Assembly (NCBI GenBank): GCA_951406725.2
Contig: OX597829.1
Coordinates: 52,700,001 to 52,764,000 of the forward strand
Reading direction: 5' to 3'
Origin: Octopus vulgaris
Lineage: Eukaryota
DNA length: 64,000 bases
Shown: in pieces, positions 22,236-36,381 of the stretch
How positions within the stretch are numbered: position 1 is the first letter of the stretch
Layout of the letters: every line of letters begins with the position of its first letter
Notes under the pieces: model-generated
What the model saw: only the letters and a program-made list of their open reading frames with translations
What the model was told of the DNA's origin: nothing
The model's database searches: none
Program-made: the position numbers and the translations under genes

Positions 22236-25200
22236 TATTATTATCATTATTATTATATACATTTATTTTTGTCTTCTCTCTTCAATATTACTTCAATATT
22301 TGTAAAACAAAAAAATTCCAATGTGTCTTCAATATTCAAATAAAATACATTTTAAATTGTTTTATCAGATGAAAGTATTTTCTTTTTAATATTTTTCTTC
22401 TCTCTAAACAATGTAGTCCGTATGTGTATGTGTGTGTGTGTGTGTGTGTATTCAGATGAAAGAACTCCTTTTGAAATCTATTTCATCATCTTGCTTTTAG
22501 AATCTTTATATTTTTTAGTATCATTTCAATATTCCAGTATTCTTAATGATTATATGTTAACTTCCCTTAATTAGCCATTTTCCGATTGTATGTGGTAAAA
22601 TTAAATCTGTATTCTTCTGGTAATGTATGTCGTCAGCATATAAAAAGAAAAAAAAGTCTAGTAAATACAAATATTTCATATTTCCTTTTGTAGGGAGTCA
22701 TTTGCAAAGAATTTGTAAAATGGTTTTATTTATTGCACTGCTGCCAGGTTTAAATACTTTATCAGTTGTGTGTAGTTTATTCAAGTTTTTTTGTTTTTTT
22801 TTGCTCAATGATTAAGTTGGAGGCTTTTTTTTCTTCCAACTGCCTTCAACCTGATGTCAGTTATGTATCTTTTGCTATTACAGTCATCGGTTCAACTAAT
22901 GGAATTTATATTAGTGGGGAGAAAAAAATGGTGCAAAAAAGAAAATAAATGTTGCTAAGAAATTGTTTAGCTTGATATTTTTATTCTTCACCTCCCAATC
23001 CTTAAAAATTTTTACATTAAAAGTCTTTGTTTCCCCTTGAAGTTCAAAACATTTGTTTTATTCAACTATTGCAGTTTTATTATGGGCAGGACATAAATCC
23101 TTTGTTCTAGTTTTGGTAGTTCCAGTTCTTGCAAAATTATACATCAGAGATAGATTTCCTTTTAGAAAATTGTCATCTTCTTTAAGAGTGAATAAATTCA
23201 ATTATAGGTTTTATCTTCATTTTGGGTTAGTTACTTGTTCTTGATTTGAACTCCCCACTCTCCCATCTCAACATCAAAATCTAAAAAGAAGAAAAAAAGC
23301 AAAAATCCCCATCTAATATGGCTTGTGTTCTTTGATAAGTCTGTTCAAGTAGATGCATATTGCCACTAATGTTAGTGTCATGTGCTTAGTACCTCATTTA
23401 TAGTTAATTAGGGTGGGCTTTTCACTAAGAGAATAATTAAAATGCGTTTATTCTATTTTGAACTATATGATTTTGTGTGTGTGTGTGTGTGATTACTTGT
23501 GGTGAATGCTTGTAACCCCTCTCCTTTTTGTTGCCATTCAAAATTATATTGTTGAAAGGGAAGGTATTTTAGCAATGATAATAGGTTTTGAGCAAACCAA
23601 GTTTTTGAAGGGAATTCATGTAGTTCTTCAATGTTTTCACTTGTTACATGGTAAATATTACCTGGTTTTCCCTGTCTTTTATCGCTGGTTGGTTACCCCG
23701 AATTTCACTAAATTTGGAATTTCATATACACCTTTCTGTTTGAGACAGGAAACAATGAAATTATATTTAACAAGTAATTCGCTACTTTCCAGAATTTGCT
23801 TCTTCATAATTTTTTTTAATATTTTACGTTTTCATATAACAGCTGCCAACTGTAAACACCTCTGTCTAGGGTTAGCAGCTGTTGAAAATTTTGTATAAAT
23901 TAATTTTAAACAAGAAATTTTGTTTGCAAGTCAGTGAGTATCTGTTATTCATATTTACTAAGAATAATGTTGCTTGTCCTCTCTTGTGAAAATATTGATT
24001 TCTCACTTTGGTGCAAGGCCATACATTTTGAAGGGAAAGCATAAGAGGTTAACTTGTTGCTCAGTATATTACTGGTACCTATTTTATTCTGCTCCACTTC
24101 CCAGTGTAGATGAAATGTATATAAGCTAGCTCTCTTTCACTAAATGTCTGTTTTATTAGTAGCACGGTTATTTTATGTTAATCGTATCTTGGTTCTTACC
24201 TTCACAATTTCCAGTCTTTTGTTTTGCCTTTTATTCTTTGGAAGCAAACAAAAAATTATGTTGTTTTTCATAAGTTTATTGTGTTAAGTATTAGCAAGAA
24301 CACTAGCTGATGGTTCTTCCCCAACTCCTACCAAAAAATAAAAATAAATAAAAAACCAGTGAACGACTTAGATAAGAATTTGCTTTTATTTATTTAGAGT
24401 TAAAAAATAAAATAAGAAAAAGAAATATTTTACTCAAAATATTGTCTTATGAAATCATACTCAAGGACAATTGTCTGTGTGGTAAAAAGTTTACTTCTCA
24501 ACCACATGATTCTCGGTTCAGTCCCATGGTGTGCCTGAGATCAGTCAAAGCCTTGTGAGTGGATTTGGTACATGGAAACTGTGTAGAATCCTGTCATGTG
24601 TATATGTGTTACTGTCTCTTTGCTTTGACATTGCATGATAGTTGTGAGTATCACATCACACAAGCAGTGTTCTTTACTTCCACCCTTCTATGAGGAAATA
24701 TTACTATATCTGGAAACGGGTGAAGGTTGGTAACAGGAAGGGTATCTGGTTGCAGAAGATTTTACCCAGCAAATTCTGCCTAACCTATGCAAGCATGGAA
24801 AAGTGGACTTTAAGACAATGTGTCTAAAGTGATGGTGCTCATCATGACCAATCTTTTCCTTCTGCTCTTTGTATCTTTATAGCTTTGAAGATCCCCTTAC
24901 TATGTCTCACATAGAGATTTCTTGTCTTTGAGAATATTGGTTTCAGATTTTGGCACAAGGCCAGCAATTTTCTGGTTGGGGAAGTAAATCAGTTACTTTG
25001 ACACCAGTGCTCTATTAATATTTATTTTATCGACCCTAGAAGAATGAAAGGAAATTTGACCATGGCGGAATTTGAACTCAGAAAGTAAAGACAGCCAAAA
25101 TGCTGCTAAGCATTTTGCCTGGTATGGTAACAATTCTGCCAGTTCACTGCCTTCTGTCTTAGGAAATAATTGATGATGATTGTTTGCTATGACATCTGAA

Positions 25201-25329
25201 GAGTCATTGTTGATGACTGTTATTTATGACATCTAATGCCAGAGACTGATATCTGGAAGGTTACATAGTCACAGTATATGCCTGTCATGCTCTTCTTGGA
25301 AATCTACTATAAACCACGTGATGGCTATT

Positions 25330-25515
25330 CTATCGTTGTCGTCATCATCATCATTTAACATTTGTTGTCCATGCTTGCATGGGTTGGACAGTTTAACCAG
25401 AGCTGGCAAACTGGGGGTAGTGGTGCACCAGACTCCAGTCTGACTTGGCATAATTTCTACAGCTGGATGCCCTTCCTAATGTCAACCACCTTACAGAGAG
25501 TGCTGGGTGCTTTTA
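25330..25515 (-). mobile_element. RTE 3' tail fragment
   Basis: catcatcatttaac...ccatgcttgcatgggttggacag...ggatgcccttcctaa. Confidence 0.75.
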
Positions 25516-25882
25516 TTAAAGAAAAAGAAATCAAGCAACCAAGCACTTTGAATTCTTTTGAGCAATTTTATATTATTTTTCAATGTATAATCTGCTGATT
25601 AGGTTAAGATTCTGACTGATAATTCATAGTTTCAAACTTTGCAGCAAGGTACTGCATTGTTTTGTCTTGATAATTTTACCTTCGTCTGATTACTTCAATT
25701 TACTTGAAAGATAAGTATGAATACAATTTCACATGTGTGCGATGAGTATTATTAATCTCAGTCTCTTGTTATAAATGCTTTCACTGAACAAATATATAAA
25801 TGCTTTTCTTTTAAGTTGAAATAACATGATAATTAAATCTCATTCAGTTTGTTATATATTCATTTGTCTTCGTTTCTTACAG

Positions 25883-26349
25883 CCACAAAACCTGGAAATT
25901 TAGCAGTGTACAATCTTCAAACTGATACATCACATAATCTAGAAAAATATAAAAACGACCCAAAATACGCCTGTACATATATGGAGATTTCTCACAGAGA
26001 TTTTGAACTGGAAAACAATAGCGCTTGTCGTGGAAGCCTTTCGTCGTCTATATCCAAAGATAGTCTAGTGTCACATGATAGTCGAAAGGGATCGCTTGAA
26101 ATTTCAAGTGACCATGGTAAGAAACAATCTTCATCGGAAAGAGAGTTATCAGTGGAGAAAACAGAACCAGTCAATAAAGTTGCGGATGCCGGTGGAACAG
26201 CTTTTACCGTTGAAATTGGTGAACAAAAACCGAGGAAATGGAATAGTTTAAGTGAATTTATGCCATCCAAAATTCGGCGGAGTTTCCGAGAACGATCTGA
26301 ACGGGCAATGAAACAGTCTACTAAAGATGGTACAGCACCAAAATTTGTG
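25883..26349 (+). CDS. CEP170: CEP170-like centrosomal protein, coding exon (phase 1-0)
   Basis: ttacag acceptor, GTG/gtgagt donor; motif TAFTVEIGEQKPRK resembles CEP170 (S)FTIEF..PRK. Confidence 0.85.
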
Positions 26350-26900
26350 GTGAGTAGAAACTTTTTTTTGTTTTTTTGTATAATATAACATTTTAAATAT
26401 GGATCAAGGCCAGGGTCTGCACCAGGTTCCATTGGCTTGGTTTCTATAACTGGATTCCCTTCTCAACACCAACCACTTTGCAGAGTGTGCTGAGTGCTTT
26501 TTACATGGCACTATGAATGGAGATATTGGATGCATTCAGTTCATAATCATTATTATAACCCTTTGACATCTGGTTTTCCATGCTGGCATGGGTTTGTAAT
26601 CCCTTGGTTTTATCCATTTCTTTGAAGAATACTACTAGTTATAATAATTAGTAATAGTTTTTCTAATTTAGGAAAACAACCTTCAGATTTTGTGGGGAGC
26701 AGGGTTAGTCAATTATGTCCACGCAGGTATTTGATTGTTACTTTTTGTCGGTCTCAAAAGAATGAATGGCAACTTTAAACTTTGCTTAGTGCTTGTTCCT
26801 ATCGAAAAGAAGTAAAAGGAGTGGCTGCGCATATATATAACAGAATTGGAAAACTTTGATCAGAATTATCAAAACAATTAGTTGGCAAAAACAGCCTATA

Positions 26901-27310
26901 GGGGTGCAGACATGGCCATATGGTTGAGAAAATTAAGGCGGCGAGCTGGCAGAAACGTTAGCACGCCGGGTGAAATGCTTTGCGGTATTTCGTCTACCGC
27001 TACGTTCTGGGTTCAAATTCTGCCGAGGTCGACTTTGCCTTTCATCCTTTCGGGGGTCGATAAATTAAGTACCAGTTACGCACTGGGGGTCGATGTAATC
27101 GACTTACTCCTTTTTGTCCTTGCTTGTCCCTTCTGTGTGTAGCCCCTTGTGGGTAGTAAAGAAATATATATATATGGTTGAGAGACATGCATAGGAACCT
27201 CATGCATAGGAACCCAGTCTTGCTGCACAGATGCTGCAAGTTGGTGTCCCCAATTATAACTGCAGGTTGGCCAATACCTTGTAAATGAAACTGGCAGATT
27301 GAAACTTTAC
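26901..27310 (+). mobile_element. Old family A SINE interrupted by a young family B SINE with 12-bp TSD
   Basis: TSD atatggttgaga at 26918-26929 and 27172-27183. Confidence 0.8.
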
Positions 27311-27323
27311 ACTCACACACACA

Positions 27324-27369
<46 letters not shown>

Positions 27370-28094
27370 CACACTCACACTAACACACACACACACACAC
27401 ACACACGTACGTTTTCCTGTGCATAAATGAATAACAGTGTATTGTCACTCTTGACGTATCGGCACCGATTGTCAACAAAAGCTTCACTGTTCATACAAAC
27501 GGTTGTCATTTTGTTTGCAGTCCACTGCAAAAGCATGTCCAGGCCTCTCGACATGTCTCGACATGTCTCTGCTGATTGGGAACAAAGACCTCGCTGTTCC
27601 TGCGGTGTCGTTTGATTGCATTGCTGTGTGTGGAAGCTTATTCATTAATTGGTTTGATAGACGGTGGTGTGGTCGGGGGTAATTATTACCTTGCTTGGAA
27701 ACGGATGAGGGTTGGTGTTTGCAAGAGCATCCAGTCATGGAAAATTCTGCCTCAACAGTTTCATCTGTCCCATGCAACCATGGAATGGAAAAGTAGATGT
27801 TAGAATGATTATGATGTGTTAAAAATCTGGAGAAGGAAAAAGAAAAACAAAGAAGGGAGATAAGTTTGGTTGAGCAACATTTTTGTATAATTCAGACTTG
27901 TGATGATGATCCATGTTTAAAATGATCCATGTTGATTTTGAGTAACTCTGGGTCTTTAAAGCCAACAGATTAAATACGAGTAAAGATAAACTGTTCAGCT
28001 CACTCTGTTGACCTTGGTGACCTCTGCTTATAATTCCTTTCATTTTAAATGTTGTCAGAGGTAACTGAAAGTATCTTTTAATGCCTATGGCAAG

Positions 28095-28495
28095 TGCAGG
28101 CATGACCAAGCGGTCGAGAAAAATTATATCCCCAACCACATGGTTTCTGGTTGTCTTAATGTGTGGCACCTTGGACAGGTGTCTTTCTGGGCTGACCAAA
28201 GCCTTGTGAGTGAGTTTGGTAGACAGAAATTGAGAGAAGCCCATTGTGTGTGTGTGTGTGTATGTGTTTCCTTCCCTTGACATTGTAGGGTAGTGTCACT
28301 GTCATACAAGCGTCATTCATTTCCAGTATTTTGTGAAAATGTGTGGACATGCGGTGGGGTGGGAGATGTTACCTTGTTTGGAATCTGGTGAGAGTTGGCA
28401 AGATGAAGGGCCTCTGGCTGTAGAAAACTGTGCATCATTAAACTCCATCTGACCCATGCAAGCATGGAAAAGTGGATGTTAAAACAGATGATGAG
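28095..28495 (+). mobile_element. Family A SINE with RTE-like tail
   Basis: CORE-like body then gaagggcctctggctgtagaaa...ccatgcaagcatggaaaagtggatgttaa; similar copies at 24470-24820 and 62993-63400. Confidence 0.7.
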
Positions 28496-29979
28496 GACAT
28501 CTGTTATGTGTGACTGAAGCCAACTTGAGATCCTTTACATGGCTACTCGATGTATTAGAAATAGGAACTAAATCTTCCTCAAATCACACACTGTCTTGAA
28601 AATGGAAGGAAATCACATTGGATTATGTAATTCTACGCACATCCTTATCATCATTGGGCTCGTGGGGTCGGCAATCCTGTTTTTTTTCTGCTTCATGCAT
28701 CCTTTTTGTGTTGTTTTGTCAAATGTGTAACATTCGATTTTCGATTTAATTGTAGTTTCATTGTATTTTTACCATCATTTAATGTTTTACATCATCGTTT
28801 TAACATGACCCCAATCATGTTGTACTGTCCCCCTCTATGTTGGCTCCTTGTGGGTAATAAAGAAATTCATTCTTATCATCATCGGTTAACATCTGCCTTC
28901 CATGCTGGTATGGGTTGAATGATTTGACAGGAACTGGCCAGGCAAAAGACTGCACCAGGCTTCAGTGTCTATTTTAGCATGGTTTTTTTTTTTTTTTATG
29001 GTTGGATGCCCTTCCTAACACCAATCATTCTGCAGAGTGGACTGAGTGCTTTTTACATGGCACCAGCACAGGTGAGGTCAATTTTGACATGGTTATTACA
29101 GCTGGATGTCCTTCCAAATGCCAACCACTTTACAGTTTCGACTGGATGCTTTTTATGTGGCACCCTCACTGGTAGGATCACCGAGTAATTTGCAAGACAA
29201 GGAATTTCGAAAGGGGGCATTAGAGGGGTTGATCTTGTGTCAGTAATCAAACAGATGATGATGACTCAGCTACAAAGTTTAACACAAAATCCAAAGCATG
29301 ACCATGAAGGATTCAGTAAAAACCAGAGATAATCAAATTCTGCCAGCTTGCAAATGCTTGCCACTCTCATTAGCTATTTCTTGTGGTATCAAATATGATG
29401 CTTCTTAGTATTTACTCCAGCTTTTTGCACTCAGAGTTCTTGGGTGGTGGTTTAATTCAAACACCAAGTTTAACACCACGGTCTGGTCTTTGGATACCTT
29501 TAGCAGTGCTTTCTATGCTGGAAGTATTCAGGCCAGGTTTGAAGATAACTTCTACCAATCCAACTTAATGGGCCCTGAGAAAATACTAAAGCAAGGCCCA
29601 GTCCTTCCCTTCTTCTTTACCAAAATAGTAAAATAATTATTTAAAATTTAGGCACAAGGTCAACAATTTTAAGGGAGAGATTACATTGACTAAATCAACG
29701 CCAGTGCTCTACTGGAGCTTATTTTATCAATGCTAAAAGTATAAATGGCAAAGTCAGTTTTTGTGGAAATTGAACTTAGAATCTAGTGAGTTAGAAGAAA
29801 TACTGTTTAGTATTTTTACTGACACTCTAACAGTTCTGCCAGCATGTCACCTTAAAGCAATAGAAAAAAAAATGGTAAAAAAAATCTCTCTGAACAATAA
29901 CTTTTCTGCAAAACTGAAGTGTGATCCACTGCAGAGGGTAGCATACATATCTGAACCACATGTCCTTCAGTCAGTCTAC

Positions 29980-30228
29980 CTCTCTCTCTTTCTCTCTTTC
30001 CCTCTCTCTTTCTCTTTCCCTCTCTCTTTCTTTTTCCCTCTCTCTTTCTCTTTCCCTCTCTCTCTTTCTCTATCTTTCTCTTTCTCTATCTTTCTCTTTC
30101 TCTATCTTTCTCTTTCTCTATCTTTCTCTTTCTCTATCTTTCTCTTTCTCTATCTTTCTCTTTCTCTATCTTTCTCTTTCTCTATCTTTCTCTTTCTCTA
30201 TCTTTCTCTTTCTCTATCTCTCTTTCTC

Positions 30229-30261
<33 letters not shown>

Positions 30262-30290
30262 CTCTTTCTCTCTCTTTCTCTATCTTTCTC

Positions 30291-30323
<33 letters not shown>

Positions 30324-30418
30324 CTCTTTCTCTATCTTTCTCTTTCTCTCTATCTCTCTCTTTCTCTATCTTTCTCTTTCTCTCTATCTATCTCTTTTGC
30401 TCTATCTCTCTCTCTCTC
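29980..30418. repeat. Long CT-rich polypyrimidine simple repeat
   Basis: (tctc/tttc/tatc) arrays; a smaller one lies at 36647-36737. Confidence 0.95.
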
Positions 30419-31759
30419 CTAAATATATTTACTACAATTGTTGCTGCCCCTCTGAACATGTTGGCTGTTTAGCACCTTTCTTGTCGTCTGTACTGTCTCA
30501 GCCTACCCCAAAATTTTTTCTTCATTCCTCCTTAGAAATGCAACTGTTTGGAACTCCCAGCAAAACTATTAGTTGTACTTGTTGAAAAGTAGTCGCCTTG
30601 TCTGCTTAATAATAAGAAATTTGTTCATTTACGTTCCTAAGAAGGCAGAGCATATCTACAACTTCCAGCAATTTAACTGGTGCTGCTATTCATTCTGTAT
30701 GATATTTCATCTATACATTAAGCAATGCTCTTGACTCCCTGTTGCCCATTTGGAACTTAACCTCTTTGTCACAAATTAACATTGCATATTTAACTGAATA
30801 CTTTCCAGCTGTTTTAAATCATTCACTTTCATATGGTACGTACTGTATCATATTTCTTACACATACCTTCTATAATCCGTCCTAGAGAGAGAGAGAGTGA
30901 GTGGGGGAAGGTGTCTGTTGTTGATGTTTAGCTCCAGGTAAACTCTGATCAAACTACTCTATGACGTCTATCAAAAGTGGTCAAGCTACGGCCTTCTATT
31001 CTTTTTGGGTATGTATTTAAGATTATGTTATCTAATTTGTCCTTTCCATTTAAGAGTAGTAGAGAGTGGGATCTGAAGGAGAATGGAGATTTAGCTGATA
31101 TTTTTAGCAGGTTACGGTTGAGCAATCTTGTTGAGCCCTCTTGTTTTATTGGGTTGTTTGCCAGGAGCCTGTTGTTTCCATTAGAAGTAGTTTACTCTGT
31201 GTGTGTGTATACACATACACAATAATCAATCTATTCTTCAATATTTTTGTTAATAATAGAATAGTAGGAATGACTTTAGCTGAATTATTATTATTACAGT
31301 ATTTAGTTTCATGTCCTGTTTCTCAATTTAATCTTGCTAAAGTACACACTCTTTTAGTGTTTTTGAAATTAATAAGTTCCAGTATTAATTCAGTTGATTG
31401 CTTTTTTTTTGTTTACTTGATTATTTTTTTCTCTTTTGGGTAAAAGCAAACCTTCAACAAAGCTTATGACATGCTTAGCATTAGAGGGGCCCAATAAGTG
31501 GAAAACCATCAGGTTGGCTGTGAAGGAAGCAGTGGTTACCTGAAATGTGGCCATAGATCAGAAGGTTTGAGCCTTGGGTGAGACTGTTCAGCTTGGGTCG
31601 AGCTAACTGGAAATTGATCAGCACAGGATGGGTTGCCTTGTTGAGGGTGCTTGATGGTGAAAGACCCCAAACACCAAATGACCCCAAGAAATTTCACTGA
31701 TGTGTGGAAAACCTTTCCTCCCCATATTTCACTTTATAGACATTTATGAATATATGGAC

Positions 31760-32158
31760 TTTGTATCCTTGTGGTACCAGTGCCGGTGGCACAAGAAAAC
31801 CATCCGAACGTGACCGTAGCCAGTACCGCATCGACTGGCCTCCGTACTGAGGGCACGTAACAAACACCATCCGAGCGTGGCCGTCTGCCAGCCTCGTCTG
31901 GCACCTGTGTCGGTGGCACATAAAAACACCATCCGAGCGTGGCCGTCTGCCAGCCTCGCCTGGCACCTGTGTCGGTGGCACATAAAATCACCCACTACAC
32001 TCTCGGAGTGGTTGGCGTTAGGAAGGGCATCCAGCTGTAGAAACACTGCCAGATCTGACTGGCCTGGTGCAGCCTTCGAGCTTGCCAGACCCCAGTTGAA
32101 CCGTCCAACCCATGCTAGCATGGAAAGTGGACGTTAAACGATGATGATAATGATGATG
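31760..32158 (+). mobile_element. Young RTE 3' UTR copy with two ~59-bp tandem units
   Basis: Nearly identical to 39277-39744. Confidence 0.9.
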
Positions 32159-33412
32159 GACTGTTCATGTAAACATTAAAAAATATGTATTTCAGATAAA
32201 AAGTGTGATTTGGCTGATAGGCAAATCTAGCATTGGTGAAAGGGCCTCTATTTTGGTTAAATAGTAAGCTGTGTATCACAATGCATATACCTAAATCCAA
32301 CCAGTTTACTCTTCAGTTCAACCCTGCTCAAACTTGCCCATCTGATTCTATATTAAATACTTCCTCCCGACAGTTTTTTTCTCTCTACAACTGTAGTCTT
32401 CTGTTGCCCATTGTCATGTTTTTTTCAATAGCCTCGTTGATCTACACAAGTTCAAGTTCAACTCTCAAACATGTGTAGATCAAAACCTGGCTGTGTGGTA
32501 AAAGGTTTGCTTCCCAACCACATAGTTCCAGGTTCAGTCCCACTGAATGGTACTTTGAGCAGCCTTGGGCCAATCAAACCCTTGTGAATGGATTTGGGAA
32601 ACAGAAACTGGAAGAAGCCCATCATATGCACATGTTGAGATCTTTGGCAATATGCTGTGCTTAAGAAGATTCATCAAGCCAAGTGAAATTGTTGTCGTGG
32701 TCAATGCCGGTGACACTTTAAATGACCAGAGAAGCCTTCTTAAGGATACAATTTTAGCAGTATTGTTACTGAATATGTGGTCTTGACCACAGAACTCATC
32801 AGAGGTTGTGAAGTAATCGTAGTGAATTGGAAAGTTTTTAGCCGTGTTGTTGAAGCAGAGGGAGTGGAGACTGAAAGTTGTTTGCTAACAGCTGCATAAA
32901 AGTTGTATTAATGAAGAATACCACATGTAGTACCTAGAGAGGAAGTCACCAATCACTAAGATATTTATCTACCATTGCAACACTTCATGTATGGCTCAAC
33001 TTCTAAACACTTTCATCCTCAGATTGTAACCAGGCTCTCTGGTTCTTTGCTCAGAGTATTTCCACTAATTTTGTAGAATCCTCCCCCACATCCTATGCTC
33101 TCCTCTCTCCTATACATAAAAGGCACCATCTCCGTCCCTTTTTTTTTCTCCCCATTTTTAACACACACTTCTGTTTTTGTTTTTTTACCCCCGCATACAT
33201 ACACACACACACACACTCACACACAGTTGTTGCCAAGTGGGGAAGTTTCTTATTACTCCACTTCAGCTTCACCTAACAAGTGGTCAGCTGTGTCGGCAGT
33301 GTGCCTCCATAACTTGCAGAGTATTTAAGTAGTTTTCTATTACATACCAATGTGTTTATGTGTACTAAAAGGTGAAAAGTAAAAATTCTTATTTGATGTT
33401 TATTTCAAACAG

Positions 33413-33530
33413 GAAGCTGATTCTCCCCCTGAACAAGCAAAAGATGGAGAAATTTTGGGTGAAAAGGGGAAAGCAAAAACACCTAAAGCTAGTCAATCCA
33501 GTGAAGGCGAAGAAGAAAATCATTCAAAAG
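33413..33530 (+). CDS. CEP170: CEP170-like coding exon (phase 0-1)
   Basis: aaacag acceptor, AAAG/gttggt donor, open frame EADSPPEQAKDGEILGEKGK...; phases fit both neighbours. Confidence 0.8.
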
Positions 33531-33899
33531 GTTGGTTGTTTCTAATTAATGGTCTACCACAGAAATTTGATGTTTCCATATATTTCATATTTGTTATTTG
33601 TAAAAGGTTAACGCTAATTGAAAAGTATTTTCCTTTTTGTTTCTCCTATTTTTAATCTAAATTTCAATCCAGATTTAATGAATAGAATTGAATCCTTCAA
33701 CATTTAAATTGGTCATATCTGGCCCCAAAATTTCTTCATGTTTTATGATCAAATCAGCCAATTCTGGCCTCTCACGCCTTACACTACAACGACATTTTAA
33801 AAATAAGTAATCACCATGAAAATCTCTCAGCTACAAGATGATGCATGATTAATTGAAAATAATGAACATGAACATCGAAATAAATATCAGTGGAAATAG

Positions 33900-34291
33900 T
33901 AGTTGTGATACCTGTGCCGGTGGCACATAAAAAGCACCATCTGAACGTGGCCGATGCCAGTGCCGCCCCGACTGGCTTCTGTACCAGTGGCACATAAAAA
34001 GCACCATCCGAACGTGGCCGTTGCCAGCGCTGCCTTGGCTGGCTTCTGTACCGGTGGCACGTTAAAAACTCCAACCAATCGTGGCCGATGCCGGACCCCC
34101 CTGGCACCTGTGCAGGTGGCATGTAAAAAGCACCCACTACACTCGTGGATGGTTGGCGTTAGGAAGGGCATTTAGCTGTAGAAACTCTGCCAGATCAGAC
34201 TGGAGCCTGGTGCAGCCCCTGGCTTCCCAGACCCCGGTCGAACCGTCCAACCCGTGCTAGCACGGAAAACGGACGTTAAACGATGATGATG
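33900..34291 (+). mobile_element. RTE 3' UTR copy (different subfamily) nested in a piggyBac-like MITE (33687-33880, -)
   Basis: Tandem ~60-bp units and (GAT)n tail. Confidence 0.85.
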
Positions 34292-34330
34292 AATGGGACT
34301 AGATAAGAATTATATTCAACAACTAATTAT

Positions 34331-35243
34331 CATTGTCATCGTTGTTGTTTAACAGCTGCTTTCCATGCTGGCATGGGTTGAACAGTTTGACTGAGAACCA
34401 GTGAGCTGGGTGGCTGCACCAGGTTCCAATCTGATTTGGCAAGGTGTCTACTGCTGGATGCCCTTCCTAACGTTAACCACTCCAAAAGTGTAGTAGGTGC
34501 TTTTTACATACCACCGGCATGGGTGCCAGTCAGGCAGCACTGGCATTGGCCACACTCAAATGGTACTTTTTATGTGCCAGTCAGGCGGCACTGGCATCGA
34601 CCACGACTGCAATTTCACTTGGTTCAACAGATCTTTACAAGTACTGCATATTGTCTGACGGTTGAAGGGTGCTTTTAAATGGGCCAGTAATGCGACACTG
34701 GTACTGGCTGATCTGACTTGGCTTGCCAGGTCTTCTCAAGCATGGCATGTTTCCAAAGGTCTCGGTCGCTTATCATTGCCTCTGTGAGGCCCAACATTTG
34801 AAGGTCAGGCTTCACCACCTCATCTTTGGTCTTCCTTAGTTTACCTCTTCCACAGCTTCCTTCCACTGTTAGAGATTGGCACTTCCTCACACAGCTGTCC
34901 TTATCCTTATGTAACACATGACCATACCGGCACAGTTGTCTCTCTTGCAAACCACATCTGGTGCTGCTTATGTCTAACTTTTCCCTCAGGGTGCTTATAC
35001 TCTGTCATGTTTGCACACTGACATTACACATCCAGTGGAGCATACTAGCTTCATTTTTTTCAAGCCTACACATGTTCTCAGCAATCACAGCCCACGTTTC
35101 ACTGCTGTGTAGCATGGCTGTTTGCACACAGGCATCATACAGTCTGCCTTTCACTCTGAGTGAGAAGCCTTTTGTTACCAGCAGAGTTAGGAACTCTCTC
35201 TGAACTTTGCCCAGCCCAATCTTATTCTAGTAGCTATGCTCTC
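34331..35243 (-). mobile_element. Older 5'-truncated RTE LINE copy (C-terminal ORF + 3' UTR)
   Basis: Minus-strand QERQLCRYGHVLHKDKDSCVRKCQSLTVEGSCGRGK homologous to 38600-39120. Confidence 0.9.
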
Positions 35244-35686
35244 AGATAAAAAAAAGAATTTTCCAGATGAAGGATGGCACTGTTTATTTTTTTCTTCCTT
35301 TTTGATCATTAGCTGAAAGCAGAAGTGGTTGATTTAATCAGGTCTAATTCCTGATTGTATCATAATTTTGCTGTAATAAGAAAGAAAGCAAAAGTGTGAA
35401 TTTACTAACTCTTTGGCATTCAGATTACTCTGTCAAATGCAACATATTCATATTGATTTGAATTAATCACTCATTATCTTGTAGCTTTGAGATTTTAATG
35501 ATGAGGTTGCTTATGCCTTGAATGACATTGTAGATTAGGTTTTGGGTGGCAGATCTGGCCAGGTTTAACATCAATCAAACAGAAAATGTTGGGCCGGATA
35601 TGGCCGGTTTAAATGCTATTGGGTGAATTTTAATTTTCTCTCTTTTATATTTTAATCTTTTTATTTTATTTTTCCCTATTTTTCAG

Positions 35687-36381
35687 CAAAGAAAGATGTG
35701 AATGGGAAAAACAACAAAATTTCTCCGTCATCTTTTCAAACCTATAAGCCTGCGAGTCATCAGAATGACAATGAAGAGATTTCGCCACCAACATGTTCTG
35801 GTGCTGCATCATTCCTTATCAACAAGATGTTTCAAGGCAGTAATTGCCCAGCCAACGTCAATCCTGCATCGACATCTCCTCCTTCTGATTATTGCCTCAT
35901 TCCTGGTAGCGGAGCTCCTGCGTCAACTGGGAAATTCTTTGACCCGTCAACAGAACAAGATCGCTACTATGATCAGAAAAATTTGAACGGAAACAAATAC
36001 TGTGAGACGACAGATAAAACTTGTACAGACAGTTCTCCCGAAGCTCAAGATCTCGAAGCAATAGAAGACAAACTCAGCGAAGCCGGAACCTACACTATTG
36101 AAGGTGACCAAGAAGCTAAAGAGGAAGAAGAATTGGCCAGGAAAAGAATTGACAATGTGTTTGGTGTTGGCCAAAATATACAAAGACCTATAATAGTTGA
36201 ATTAAAAAACTTAGAACAGGACTCTTCTACATTAGGAAAAGAATCTAGCGAAATGAATCATGTTGGAAAATTTTTAGAAGATTCAAAGTTTTATTTAAAT
36301 AACGGTAGTAATAATAATTGTTCTCCAGAAGCAGATGTAGATCAAATGGAAGATATAGAGAATTTAAAAGATATCTCACCT
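35687..36381 (+). CDS. CEP170: CEP170-like coding exon (phase 1-0)
   Basis: tttcag acceptor after a pyrimidine tract, CCT/gtaagt donor; contains the CEP170-family motif LSEAGTYTIE. Confidence 0.9.

Noticed and set aside
25992-26432. Antisense ORFs over exons and the RTE (also 37723-38142, 45273-45623)
   Set aside because: Shadow frames of real + strand coding sequence
29761-30585. 274-aa ORF (and ORFs at 14731-15234)
   Set aside because: Artefacts of microsatellite translation
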